From contig CAJLIR010000006.1 of the NCBI GenBank assembly GCA_905206805.1, positions 2,999 to 66,998 on the forward strand: a DNA stretch of 64,000 nucleotides, written 5' to 3'. Within the stretch, counting starts at the first letter, position 1. Each line of letters begins with the position of its first letter. A program made the position numbers and the translations under genes. Below the pieces are notes generated by a model. It had not been told where the DNA came from, did no database searches, and worked only from the letters and a program-made list of their open reading frames with translations. Source of the DNA: an uncultured Bacillales bacterium (lineage in GTDB: Bacteria; Bacillota_I; Bacilli_A; RF39; UBA660). Positions 20,116-30,400 of this stretch are shown here, one piece after another.

Positions 20116-21084
20116 ATGAAAAATAAAAAAATTATTTTTATAGGTTCTATTTTATTTATTATTTTATTAGTATTTGTTTTATATTTAATAAATAATAAAG
20201 AAGGCTCTTCAAAAATATATAATGAAGATAAATTTGATAGTAAAACAGATACGGAACCAGTTAATTTACTTGAAGCTGTTTTGAAAAAAAATGGAAAAAA
20301 CAAAATTGAAGCAGGTTATTCTACTTTTGCAGGTGGAGAAGTTTTAACAGAAGGAACATTTTTTATAGATTATGCATTTATTGTTAATAATAAAGCTTAT
20401 ATTTATGATCCTGAAAAATTAAAAACAGATGAACTTAGTTATAAAAAGGTATATGATATACCAGATAATATAAATGTAACTAATATAGGAATTCCGTTTG
20501 GAGCTGATATATATTTTTATGATGATATAGGAAATCAATACATTTTAAAGGATACTAATATAGATAATGATATAAAAAGTGGATATTTAAAATATGAAAA
20601 AGCTAATTATGAATTAAAAAATTATACTACTGAATTATATAAAATAACTGATAATATAAAAGAAAACTATGATATTAGATGTAACTTATTTTACGCAAAA
20701 GATAATATTTTGTATAAAATAAATTATGGTTATTATAATTTTATAGAAAAAAGGGATGTTCCTGATTCGTTAGAAAAAGTATCAGGTAATTATGAAAATC
20801 AAAAGATATTGCACATTTATAATGATAGAATAGTTAAAACTGATAAAGGTTTTTATGAATTGATTGAATATTCAGATAATGGAAATGTATATACAACAAC
20901 TATGAAAATTGACCTGTTAACAAAATATTATGATGATGTTTTAACATTTACTTATGACTATGTAATTTTAAAAGATTATACATTAATACCAATAAATGAT
21001 GTAATGACAAATAGAAGTCAAAAATATTTAAATGGATTTTATTTAGGTAGATTAGATGAAAAACCAGTAGAATTTGTAGAATAA
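20116..21084 (+). CDS. hypothetical membrane-anchored protein; its 3' 760 bp is duplicated at 26094-26880
   Basis: N-terminal TM; ORF 26477-26851 encodes an identical C-terminus. Confidence 0.55.
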   Translation: MKNKKIIFIGSILFIILLVFVLYLINNKEGSSKIYNEDKFDSKTDTEPVNLLEAVLKKNGKNKIEAGYSTFAGGEVLTEGTFFIDYAFIVNNKAYIYDPEKLKTDELSYKKVYDIPDNINVTNIGIPFGADIYFYDDIGNQYILKDTNIDNDIKSGYLKYEKANYELKNYTTELYKITDNIKENYDIRCNLFYAKDNILYKINYGYYNFIEKRDVPDSLEKVSGNYENQKILHIYNDRIVKTDKGFYELIEYSDNGNVYTTTMKIDLLTKYYDDVLTFTYDYVILKDYTLIPINDVMTNRSQKYLNGFYLGRLDEKPVEFVE

Positions 21085-21112
21085 ATAAATTCTACTTTTT
21101 TATATCTATAAT
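20322..21112. repeat. about 790-bp direct repeat, copy 1 (3' part of gene 20116-21084 plus 28 bp downstream)
   Basis: Near-identical sequence at 26094-26880. Confidence 0.85.
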
Positions 21113-21132
21113 CATTTTATTTTTAGTAGAGA

Positions 21133-22394
21133 GAGTGTAAAAAAATTTGTGTAAAGTTACCAATCCATGGTAATAAAGATATTTGAGGTTGATTAGTATC
21201 AATCTCTTTTTGTTACTTAAATAATAACATAAATTAAATAATTTTCAAAGATCAATTTAATCGTTCAGGATATAATATATTTAATTCATTATAAATCATA
21301 TCCCAATCAGGGCATCTAGTAGTCCATTTTTTCTCTACATTTTTAGTAGCTAAAAATAAGCATTTCATTAAAGAATTATCACTAGTAAATACTCCTTTTG
21401 TTTTAGTATGTTTACGATATGAACGATTTAAACTTTCTATCGCATTTGTTGTATACATTATTTTTCTTAATTCTTTTGAATAGTTAAATAATGTACAAAT
21501 TGCTTCCCAGTTATCTTCCCAAACTTTTAAACTTGTTGGATAAATAGAACACCATTTGTTTTTTACTTTTTCTAAATTTTCTCTTGCTTCCTTTTCAGTA
21601 TTTGATTTATATATAGTTCTTAAATCATTACAAAATTCTTTTAAATATTTATAAGAAACAAATTTAACCGAATTTTTGATTAAATGAACAATACATCTTT
21701 GTTGCATAGCTTTTGGATAAACAGCTTTAATTGCCTCGTTTATTCCATTTAATACATCAGAACATATAATTAAAATATCTTTAACACCACGATTTTTAAT
21801 TCATTTAAAGTTTCTAACCAATATTTAGCTGACTCATTTTCTTCAATCCATATTCCAAGTACCTCTTTAAAACCATCAGCATTAACACCTAACATTACAT
21901 AAGTTGCTTTTTTTACTATAACATTTTCTTGTTTAACATTAAAATGTATAGCATCAATAAATACAATTGGGTATACTTCTTTTAATGGTCTTTTTTGTCA
22001 TTCATCTATCTCTTCTAAAACTGCATCTGTTATATTACTAATTATCATAGCAGAGAGTTGTATATCATAAATATCTTCAATAGAATCACTTATTTCTCTT
22101 GTAGATAATCCTTTACAATAAAGATTTATAACTTTTTCTTCAATTCCAGAAATGTCTCTTTTATTTTTAGGAACAATTTGAGGCTCAAATTCAGCATTCA
22201 TCATAGTTTAAATAGTATCTTTAAACATATCTTTTATGCATAAGCAATATCATTTGCATCTTTAATATCATAATTTTTTAATAAATATTTAACAACTTCA
22301 TTATTTTTATTTTCTTTCATACAAAAATCCTTTCTTGGTTCTATATTTCTATATTACCATAGAAAGGATTTTATCTTTACACAAAATTATTTAC
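21133..22394 (-). mobile_element. degenerate IS256-family insertion sequence (about 1.26 kb) with terminal inverted repeats
   Basis: Transposase fragments on the minus strand. Left end gtaaaaaaatttgtgtaaagttacc and right end (reverse complement) gtaaataattttgtgtaaagataaaatcc form imperfect IRs sharing the AATTTTGTGTAAAG core. Confidence 0.6.
21252..22330 (-). pseudogene. IS256-family transposase, disrupted by several frameshifts
   Basis: C-terminal fragment (21252-21707) carries QRCIVHLIKNS and other IS256 (mutator-type) motifs. N-terminal fragments sit in other frames (21998-22204, about 22205-22330). No single intact reading frame. Confidence 0.65.
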
Positions 22395-24128
22395 AGACTC
22401 ATCAATATTTTTAATTTCTGTATCATATAACTCTTTATATTGTTTACAATTTTGTAGAAGTTGCTTATGATTTCCTTCTGCAATAATTTGACCATTTTCT
22501 AACATTAAAATTCTGTCTGCATTTTGTATTGTAGACAATCTGTGAGCAATAATTAAAATTGTGTATTCTTTTTGTAAATTATCTATTGCTTTTTGTATTT
22601 TTGATTGCGTTTCGTTGTCTAATGCACTTGTTGCTTCATCAAATAATATAATTTCAGTTTTTTGAACAAATGCTCTTGCTATTGCCAATCTTTGTTTTTG
22701 ACCACCTGATAATGTGATTCCACCTTCACCAACAATAGTGTCATATTTATTAGGTAATGATTCTATATAATCATCTAAGCAGGCCATTTTACATGCATCT
22801 TTCATTTCTATATCGGTTAAATCCTGTTTTACAAGTTTTAAATTGTCTTTAATACTCATATTAAAAATATATGGATTTTGACTTACAATTGTTATATTTC
22901 CTCTAATCGAATTCTTGTCTAATTCTTTAATATCAATATCATCAATTGTTATTGTTCCTTCATAATTATCATACATTTTACATAAAAGATTAAAAATCGT
23001 TGTTTTACCAGATCCACTTTTTCCTACAAAAGCAACAGTTTCATTCGCTTTTACTTTCAAGTTACAGTTTTTAAGTACATTGTTTTTGTTATATTTAAAT
23101 GATACATTTTTGAATTCAAAATCACCTTTTATATTGTTTAAATGTTTTTCTCCAAATACTTCTTTTTCATATTTTTTATCTTCAAAAATATCAAATATTC
23201 TTGTCGCAGATAAATTAAATTTTTTTATTAATTCGTGAAAACCAGTAACATTTTCAACAAAATTATTATATCTATTTCCAAAATTATAAATTATTAATCC
23301 AACTGCAACAGACATTGAACCAGAGTTAATAGATAGACCAATTATTAAAATCATTAAAAAAAACGAAATATCAGCCCAATACCATCTAACTATTAAATAT
23401 GATAAATTGGTGTTTTCTATTTTATATCGTTCTATATTTAATTTTTCAAACTTATTTCTTAATTCTTTTAAGAAACTTTCTTCACCGTTTAACATTTTAA
23501 TATCTTCTGCACCACGTACTATTTCTCCAGTAAAACCTGTTATACTATCATTGATTTTTCTATATTCTTTATCATTTTTATTATAAGCATTAATTCTTAT
23601 TATTTCAATTATTAATCTAATTGTAAAAGCAATTAGTACAAAGATAAACATTGTTTTACTTAAAATAAAATATGTAACAATTACGCCAATGTTTGAAATA
23701 ATTCCATTTATATATTTATTTAAATCAGTAAATATTGAAGAGATGTTTCTTGTATCTCCAACTAATCTTTGAATAAACATACCAGAACCATTTTCTTCTA
23801 ATGTTTTATTATTTAACTTTAGTATTTCTGCTCCTAAATTTGATTGAACATTTATATATATTTGTTTAAATATTTTTTCATACAATTTACTTTTAAAATA
23901 ATTTATTGTATCCCCAATTAAATGTGCAGATATTAAGATTACTCCAACATATATAAATTGTTCAATATTATTGTCAGTTAAATTAACTATAATACTTGCT
24001 GAAATAAAAGGATAAATTATACTTGCAATAATATTAAATAAACTAAGTATGAAATATAAAATTATTCTTTTTTTCTCACTTTTTGCATATTTCCATACAA
24101 ATTTAATATTTTTTTTAAATTCTTTCAC
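22377..24128 (-). CDS. ABC exporter, fused transmembrane domain plus ATPase (type I exporter)
   Basis: Six N-terminal TM segments; Walker A GKSGSGKTT; signature LSGGQKQRLAIARA; no C39 peptidase domain. The stop codon lies inside the IS256 right inverted repeat. Confidence 0.85.
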   Translation of the reverse strand: MKEFKKNIKFVWKYAKSEKKRIILYFILSLFNIIASIIYPFISASIIVNLTDNNIEQFIYVGVILISAHLIGDTINYFKSKLYEKIFKQIYINVQSNLGAEILKLNNKTLEENGSGMFIQRLVGDTRNISSIFTDLNKYINGIISNIGVIVTYFILSKTMFIFVLIAFTIRLIIEIIRINAYNKNDKEYRKINDSITGFTGEIVRGAEDIKMLNGEESFLKELRNKFEKLNIERYKIENTNLSYLIVRWYWADISFFLMILIIGLSINSGSMSVAVGLIIYNFGNRYNNFVENVTGFHELIKKFNLSATRIFDIFEDKKYEKEVFGEKHLNNIKGDFEFKNVSFKYNKNNVLKNCNLKVKANETVAFVGKSGSGKTTIFNLLCKMYDNYEGTITIDDIDIKELDKNSIRGNITIVSQNPYIFNMSIKDNLKLVKQDLTDIEMKDACKMACLDDYIESLPNKYDTIVGEGGITLSGGQKQRLAIARAFVQKTEIILFDEATSALDNETQSKIQKAIDNLQKEYTILIIAHRLSTIQNADRILMLENGQIIAEGNHKQLLQNCKQYKELYDTEIKNIDESVNNFV

Positions 24129-24353
24129 AAAACCACCTCAACTTAGTATATTTTAGCAATTGCAATAATAAAATTCTAGCCTTGAATTTTATGAAAAAAT
24201 ATGATATAATTTTTTAGACATTGTAATATGAAAAATGATGAAATTATGGAATCTTTAAATTAAAAAGAAAATTCAATTTAGCGATAAATATTAAAATTAT
24301 CTAGTTAAAATGTTTCAATATGATATAATACTGTTATATGGGGTGTGATTTTT

Positions 24354-24815
24354 ATGGAAAATCTAGATGAATATTTAAACCAAGATATTTTTAATCCAAA
24401 ATATTTATTTCATGGTAGTTCTAAATTATTAGAAAAATTAGAGCCGAGACAATCAAAAGATAAATATAATGCAGAAAATGAAGATTGTGCTATTTTTTTA
24501 AGTAGTTGGTTTATTAATGCTGCTGCATATGCTTTTAGAAGTAAATTAAAAGAAATAAATGAATATTATAGCTTTAGGATGAATAATAATGGAACTTTAC
24601 CTGCTATGGAATATGAAGTTGAAAATATCCCAGAAAATTTATTTGAGTATATTTATGTATTAAAAAAGAAGAGGATATTATTAAAGATAGTTATGAATAT
24701 ACTACTCAATATAGATGTTATCATGAATTAGAACCAATAAAAGTTATTAAAGTCAATTTTGATTATTTTGAAAAATATTTTCAAAGAGTAGAACAGAAAC
24801 AAAGAAAAAAATAAG
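24354..24815 (+). pseudogene. hypothetical gene apparently frameshifted in a poly-A run
   Basis: The ORF 24345-24731 ends with a low-complexity tail. A protein-like continuation (EEDIIKDSYEYTTQYRCYHELEPIKVIKVNFDYFEKYFQRVEQKQRKK) sits in a different frame after the A6 run near 24662. Confidence 0.3.
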
Positions 24816-25267
24816 ATTATGTATATAAATAAAAAAGATCTTTATATTCAACTAAAATTTTTTGTAATGTAGAAGAATTTATAAAAAAATATATAAACAA
24901 GTACGTAAAAACAAGTACGTAAAAAAATATAATTAATCTACAAAATACTATTTATTTTTTGTATGTTTTCAAAAATCATGTATGATGGAGAGTTGTTTGC
25001 ATAGCCAGTAAATAATTTTGTTAAAGATAATGCTTTTATATGTAAAACAGTTGTTCTATGCATCATCAAGTATAGAAAATAGTTCTAAATTACTAGAAGA
25101 AATGACTAAAAGATGAATTCGTTGAAATTTAAAAAAAGTTATGATAAAATGAAGGAAGCTAATTTTAAATAGGTGTGAATAATTATTAAAATATTGTAAA
25201 AACAAAACAAAAATAATTTATATAATTTTTGATTATAATTATGCTATAGTTTAGGAGGCTAATTTAT

Positions 25268-25933
25268 ATGAAATATGAGAATGACTTATTTATAATTAAT
25301 TATAATGAATGTGATAAAGAATATATTGATGAATTAATTTCTTATTTAAATAAAGAAGCATATAAAATAATGAATTTTTTTAATTTAAAAAAATTAGATA
25401 AAAAATGTATTATAAAATTTTATTCTACAAAGAAAGACTTTGACTATAATGCTTATTATAAAGTATATAATGAACAATCACCGGATTTTGCGATTGGATT
25501 TGCAAATAAAGGAATTATTTATTATGTTTCTTATAGCGATTATAAAAATATAGAAAAGCATAAAAATGATTCATTTGATTATTTTAAAAAAACACTTGTT
25601 CATGAATTTGTTCATCATTGCAATTATTTATATACTAATATATGGAATAGACCATTATGTGAAGGGCTAGCAGTATATTTAAGTGGTCAACAGGAAAATA
25701 ATATGTATGAATTTAATATATCAAAAGAAAATCTTTTCTTTGGTAGAATTAATTATAGGCAGTATTACATGTTTGTTAAATATATAATTGAAAATTACTC
25801 AAACGATTATTTTTTAAAATTATTAAGTGATGAAAATTTTCAAAATAAAAATTTAGATATTCTTTATGATGAGGCAAATGAATATTATAGAAATTATTTT
25901 AATGAATTAAACACAAAATGTATAAAAAAATGA
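25268..25933 (+). CDS. putative zincin-like metallopeptidase (HEXXH)
   Basis: HEFVHH motif with a downstream Glu (CEGLAVY); good AGGAGG RBS; 221 aa. Confidence 0.45.
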   Translation: MKYENDLFIINYNECDKEYIDELISYLNKEAYKIMNFFNLKKLDKKCIIKFYSTKKDFDYNAYYKVYNEQSPDFAIGFANKGIIYYVSYSDYKNIEKHKNDSFDYFKKTLVHEFVHHCNYLYTNIWNRPLCEGLAVYLSGQQENNMYEFNISKENLFFGRINYRQYYMFVKYIIENYSNDYFLKLLSDENFQNKNLDILYDEANEYYRNYFNELNTKCIKK

Positions 25934-26093
25934 TTAAACTGTTCAATCATTTTTTTGTAATAAGAAATTTATAGATAAAATTACAAAAAAAGTTTTAAAG
26001 ATTATTGATATATTAAAGAATTTATTATTGTAATAATTTGAATTATGTAGAAAATTTATATAAAAATATTATGTAAAATATAAACTCAAACTT

Positions 26094-26880
26094 TTGTAGG
26101 TGGAGAAGTTTTAACAGAAGGAACATTTTTTATAGATTATGCATTTATTGTTAATAATAAAGCTTATATTTATGATCCTGAAAAATTAAAAACAGATGAA
26201 CTTAGTTATAAAAAGGTATATGATATACCAGATAATATAAATGTAACTAATATAGGAATTCCGTTTGGAGCTGATATATATTTTTATGATGATATAGGAA
26301 ATCAATACATTTTAAAGGATACTAATATAGATAATGATATAAAAAGTGGATATTTAAAATATGAAAAAGCTAATTATGAATTAAAAAATTATACTACTGA
26401 ATTATATAAAATAACTGATAATATAAAAGAAAACTATGATATTAGATGTAACTTATTTTACGCAAAAGATAATATTTTGTATAAAATAAATTATGGTTAT
26501 TATAATTTTATAGAAAAAAGGGATGTTCCTGATTCGTTAGAAAAAGTATCAGGTAATTATGAAAATCAAAAGATATTGCACATTTATAATGATAGAATAG
26601 TTAAAACTGATAAAGGTTTTTATGAATTGATTGAATATTCAGATAATGGAAATGTATATACAACAACTATGAAAATTGACCTGTTAACAAAATATTATGA
26701 TGATGTTTTAACATTTACTTATGACTATGTAATTTTAAAAGATTATACATTAATACCAATAAATGATGTAATGACAAATAGAAGTCAAAAATATTTAAAT
26801 GGATTTTATTTAGGTAGATTAGATGAAAAACCAGTAGAATTTGTAGAATAAATAAATTTTACTTTTTTTATATCTATATT
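26094..26880. repeat. about 790-bp direct repeat, copy 2
   Basis: Near-identical to 20322-21112. Confidence 0.85.
26097..26851 (+). pseudogene. 5'-truncated duplicate of gene 20116-21084
   Basis: The reading frame is open from the repeat boundary with no upstream start or RBS; the encoded C-terminus is identical to that of 20116-21084. Confidence 0.6.
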
Positions 26881-26932
26881 TAGAAAAAGTATGATATAAT
26901 TCTTTTGTAAGTAATGTTAGTGAGAGGTAAGT

Positions 26933-27355
26933 ATGAAAATAACTTTAAAAAAAATAATTTTTATGATATTAATATTTATAATTGTTGGAGTTTTGTTTTT
27001 TATATTAAAAAATAATATTAATAATCAAGAAAAAAATCTTAGAAATCTTCTAAAACAAATGGGTAGTGATTTTTATGAAAATTATTATTATGATGCTTTA
27101 GATGATGATGTTTCTATAAGACAAACTTTCTTAAAAAAGTATGAAACAATTGGAATTAAAATTAACTTAGATAATTTATCTAGATATAGTGCTTTAAATA
27201 ATAGGGATAATTTAGAAAAATTTGTTAATAACAAGACTAATCAGGAGTGTGATAAGATAGATACAAAAGCTATTATATATCCGAAGTATCCGTTTGAAAA
27301 AAAATCGTATGAAATAGATGTAGAGTTATCTTGTGGTTTTGATGAAAGTAAATAA
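26933..27355 (+). CDS. small secreted / membrane-anchored protein with two conserved Cys; diverged paralogue of 46333-46779
   Basis: N-terminal TM; about 50% identity to the 46333 product (SDFYENYYYD...KYETIGIKINLDNLSRY...TKAIIYP...). Confidence 0.55.
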   Translation: MKITLKKIIFMILIFIIVGVLFFILKNNINNQEKNLRNLLKQMGSDFYENYYYDALDDDVSIRQTFLKKYETIGIKINLDNLSRYSALNNRDNLEKFVNNKTNQECDKIDTKAIIYPKYPFEKKSYEIDVELSCGFDESK

Positions 27356-27367
27356 TTACTTTCTTTT

Positions 27368-27397
27368 TTTGAAAATTTTTAAAAAGTGTGGTATAAT
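27368..27397 (+). promoter_or_regulatory. putative promoter of the 3101-aa gene (TTGAAA -35, extended -10 TGgTATAAT)
   Basis: TTGAAA at 27368-27373, 18-nt spacer, TGGTATAAT at 27389-27397; AGGAAGG RBS before the ATG at 27428. Confidence 0.4.
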
Positions 27398-27427
27398 TAA
27401 AAATAGTAGGAAGGTATTGATAGTTGT

Positions 27428-30400
27428 ATGTATAAGAATAAAAATTTGATTATATTAATATTTAGTTTAGTTTTGTTTTTTGTATTTTATCCTGATGTTT
27501 TTGCTCAGGAGATATCAGAATTTTCTTGTACAGATGATTATCAAGAATTTATTGCGCCAACTTATGGAAATTATAAAATAGAATTATGGGGAGCTGCTGG
27601 TGGTAGAAACTTAGTTGATAACGCATATACTAATACAACATATGCAAAACTAGGTGGTAAAGGTGCTTATACTAGTGGTGTTATTACTCTTAAGAAAAAC
27701 GAAAAAATTTATGTTTATGTTGGATGCAAAGGGCGAGATGCTAAGAAAGCTACTATTGTCGCTGGCGGATATAATGGTGGAGGTAGAGGAGATCACGATC
27801 ACTCTGATGATGAAGCTTCTGGTGCTGGTGGAGGTGCTACAGATGTTCGTTTAGTAAAAGGTGATAATTGGGATGATTTTACTTCTTTAAAAAGCCGTAT
27901 TATGATTGCTGGTGGAGGCGGAGGAGCTTCTTACGAACTTCGTGGTGGAAATGCTGGTACGCTTTCTGGTGAGGACACTCTTTATAGTAAAGGTGGAACT
28001 CAAACCACTGGATATAAATTTGGAATTGGACAAGATGGAGTTTATGTAAATTCTAATGTCGATGTTGCCGGAGGTGGAGGCGGATATTTTGGGGGATTTG
28101 CCAAATCTTCAGGAGCTTCTAATTCTTATAAAACAGCTGGTGCTGGTGGTAGTTCGTTTGTGTCAGGGTGTACAGGTTGTACTGCTATTTCTGGAAATTC
28201 TACTGAAGATAATATATATTTCTTAAATAGTAATATTCATTATAGTAATTATAAATTTAGTGATATTGTTATGAAATCTGGTAGTGAAGAGATGCCAAAC
28301 TATTTAGACAATAGTGTTATTACTGGTAATAGCTCTGATGGACATGCGAGAATAACTCTTATAAATGGGATTTCTCATTTTACTAAATTAGATATTGAAA
28401 ATGCTACTATTGTTCAAAAATTAGAAGATTCTGTTTTTGAATATGATGTAATTATTCCAAATGATAATTTTTCGACAACTATTAATTATGAAACATCAGT
28501 AAAAAATGTAACTGTATTTGGAGCTGGAAAGGTTACATTAAAAGATGGAAAAGTACATATGGTAAGTATTATAGACAATGATACTGGTGATATTACAATA
28601 TATAATATTACGCCATCTTTAAAGAAATCTACTTTAAAATCGATTTCATTTAGTGAAAAACAATTTGATTTTAATCCTGATCAATATGAATATACAATAG
28701 AAGTACCTTATAATATTTTTGACTTAACGCCTATTATAGAGACTTATGATAATACTACTTATACTATAGAAAAATCTACTTTAAAAATTGGAAATAATTT
28801 AGTAAAAATAAATGTAAGTACTCAAGGTATGGAAAATTCTACTTATAAATTTTATGTAAAAAGACAAGAAAGCAATAATCTTAAAACTATATATGAATCA
28901 ACAGGCTCTTCCGAAGAATACGTTGTACCTTATTCTGGTTATTATGAAATAGAGTTATGGGGAGCTGCTGGTGGCCGAGGTAGAACTAATTATGTATTAG
29001 ATAAATATGGTGGTAAAGGTGGGTATACAAAAGGTACTATCTATCTTGAAAAGGGTACTATTCTTTATTTTTATGTAGGTGGTAAAGGCCTTAATGCTGC
29101 AAGTGTATCTAGATGTGTAGGTGGACTTGGAGGATATAATGGTGGAGCTCAAGGTGGAATTGATGGAAACTGTGATTCTAATCCTGAACCTGGTGCCGGA
29201 GGTGGTGGAGCCACTGATGTTCGTTTGGTAGGAGGAGATTGGAATAATATTGATTCACTAAAAAGCCGTATAATGGTTGCCGGAGGCGGAGGAGGAGGAA
29301 CATATTCTTATGTTGGTTCTTCAGCCGGTGGACTTAATGGGTATGCTGGAGGAGCGGCTAAAACTTTCGCAACTCAAATATCTGGTAATGCATTTGGATA
29401 TGCAACTATGGTTTCTAATTCAGATTATACTGGAGGACCAGGAGGTTCTGGAAGTGGATATTATGGTGGTATAACTAATAAAAGTGATTCTGCATCTGGT
29501 GGAGGAGGTTCCAGTTTTATTTCTGGACATGCTGGAAGTATAGCTATAAATGAAGATGGAATTCCAAAGACAAATGTATATACTGTACTTGATAATTCTA
29601 TTCATTATTCAAATTATAAATTTGAAGATACAGTTATGATAGATGGAAATGGATATGAATGGACAACTAAGAAGGAAACTCAAATTGGAATGCCTACATT
29701 TGATGGAAAATCAAAAATGAATGGTAATGAAAATTCTGGTTATGCCAAAATAACTTTTTTAGGACGAGGAAAAGAAGATACGTTAGATTTCATTGCTTTG
29801 AGTAGTGGTACATTAGATCCAGTATTTGATCCTGATACAAAAGAATATAATGTTACTCTTGATTCATCTGTTTCACAGTTGACTGTTGACGCTACATCTT
29901 CTAATCCGGATATAGCGATATATGGTTTAGGAGAATATGATATTCCGTCAGGAAAAACTGATATAAATATTCAGCTTACTTCTGTAAATGGAAATGTTAA
30001 TTTATATACAATTCATGTAACAAGAGACGCAAATAGTAACAAGTATTTATCTAATGTACTTATCAATGGTATAAAATATGATTTATTTTCACCTAGTAAA
30101 TTCGAATATAATATTGAACTTCCTACAAGTATTAATTATATTGATTTAGAAGTAATTAAAGGTTCTACAAGTCAAGAGGTAACTGGAACAGGTAAGTTTG
30201 AATTTAGTAATAATTCTATTTCTAAAACAATTTTAGTTGTATCTGAAGATAAAAATGAAAGTCAACATTACATATTTAATTTTACAAGAAAAAAGAGTAC
30301 TAAATTAAAAAGTATTGATCTTGGTAATGAACTAATAAAAAATTTTGATTTTGGTTCTGATATATATGAATACAATATAGAAATTCCTAATAATATATTA

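Noticed and set aside
22377-24128. ABC exporter as a bacteriocin/lantibiotic transporter with a C39 peptidase
   Set aside because: The N-terminus begins directly with TM segments and has no C39 Cys/His peptidase domain. No precursor-peptide gene is visible nearby.
24897-24925. Tandem 15-mer (ACAAGTACGTAAAAA x2) in the intergenic region
   Set aside because: Only two copies, in a non-coding AT-rich spacer; too short to call a functional repeat or binding array.
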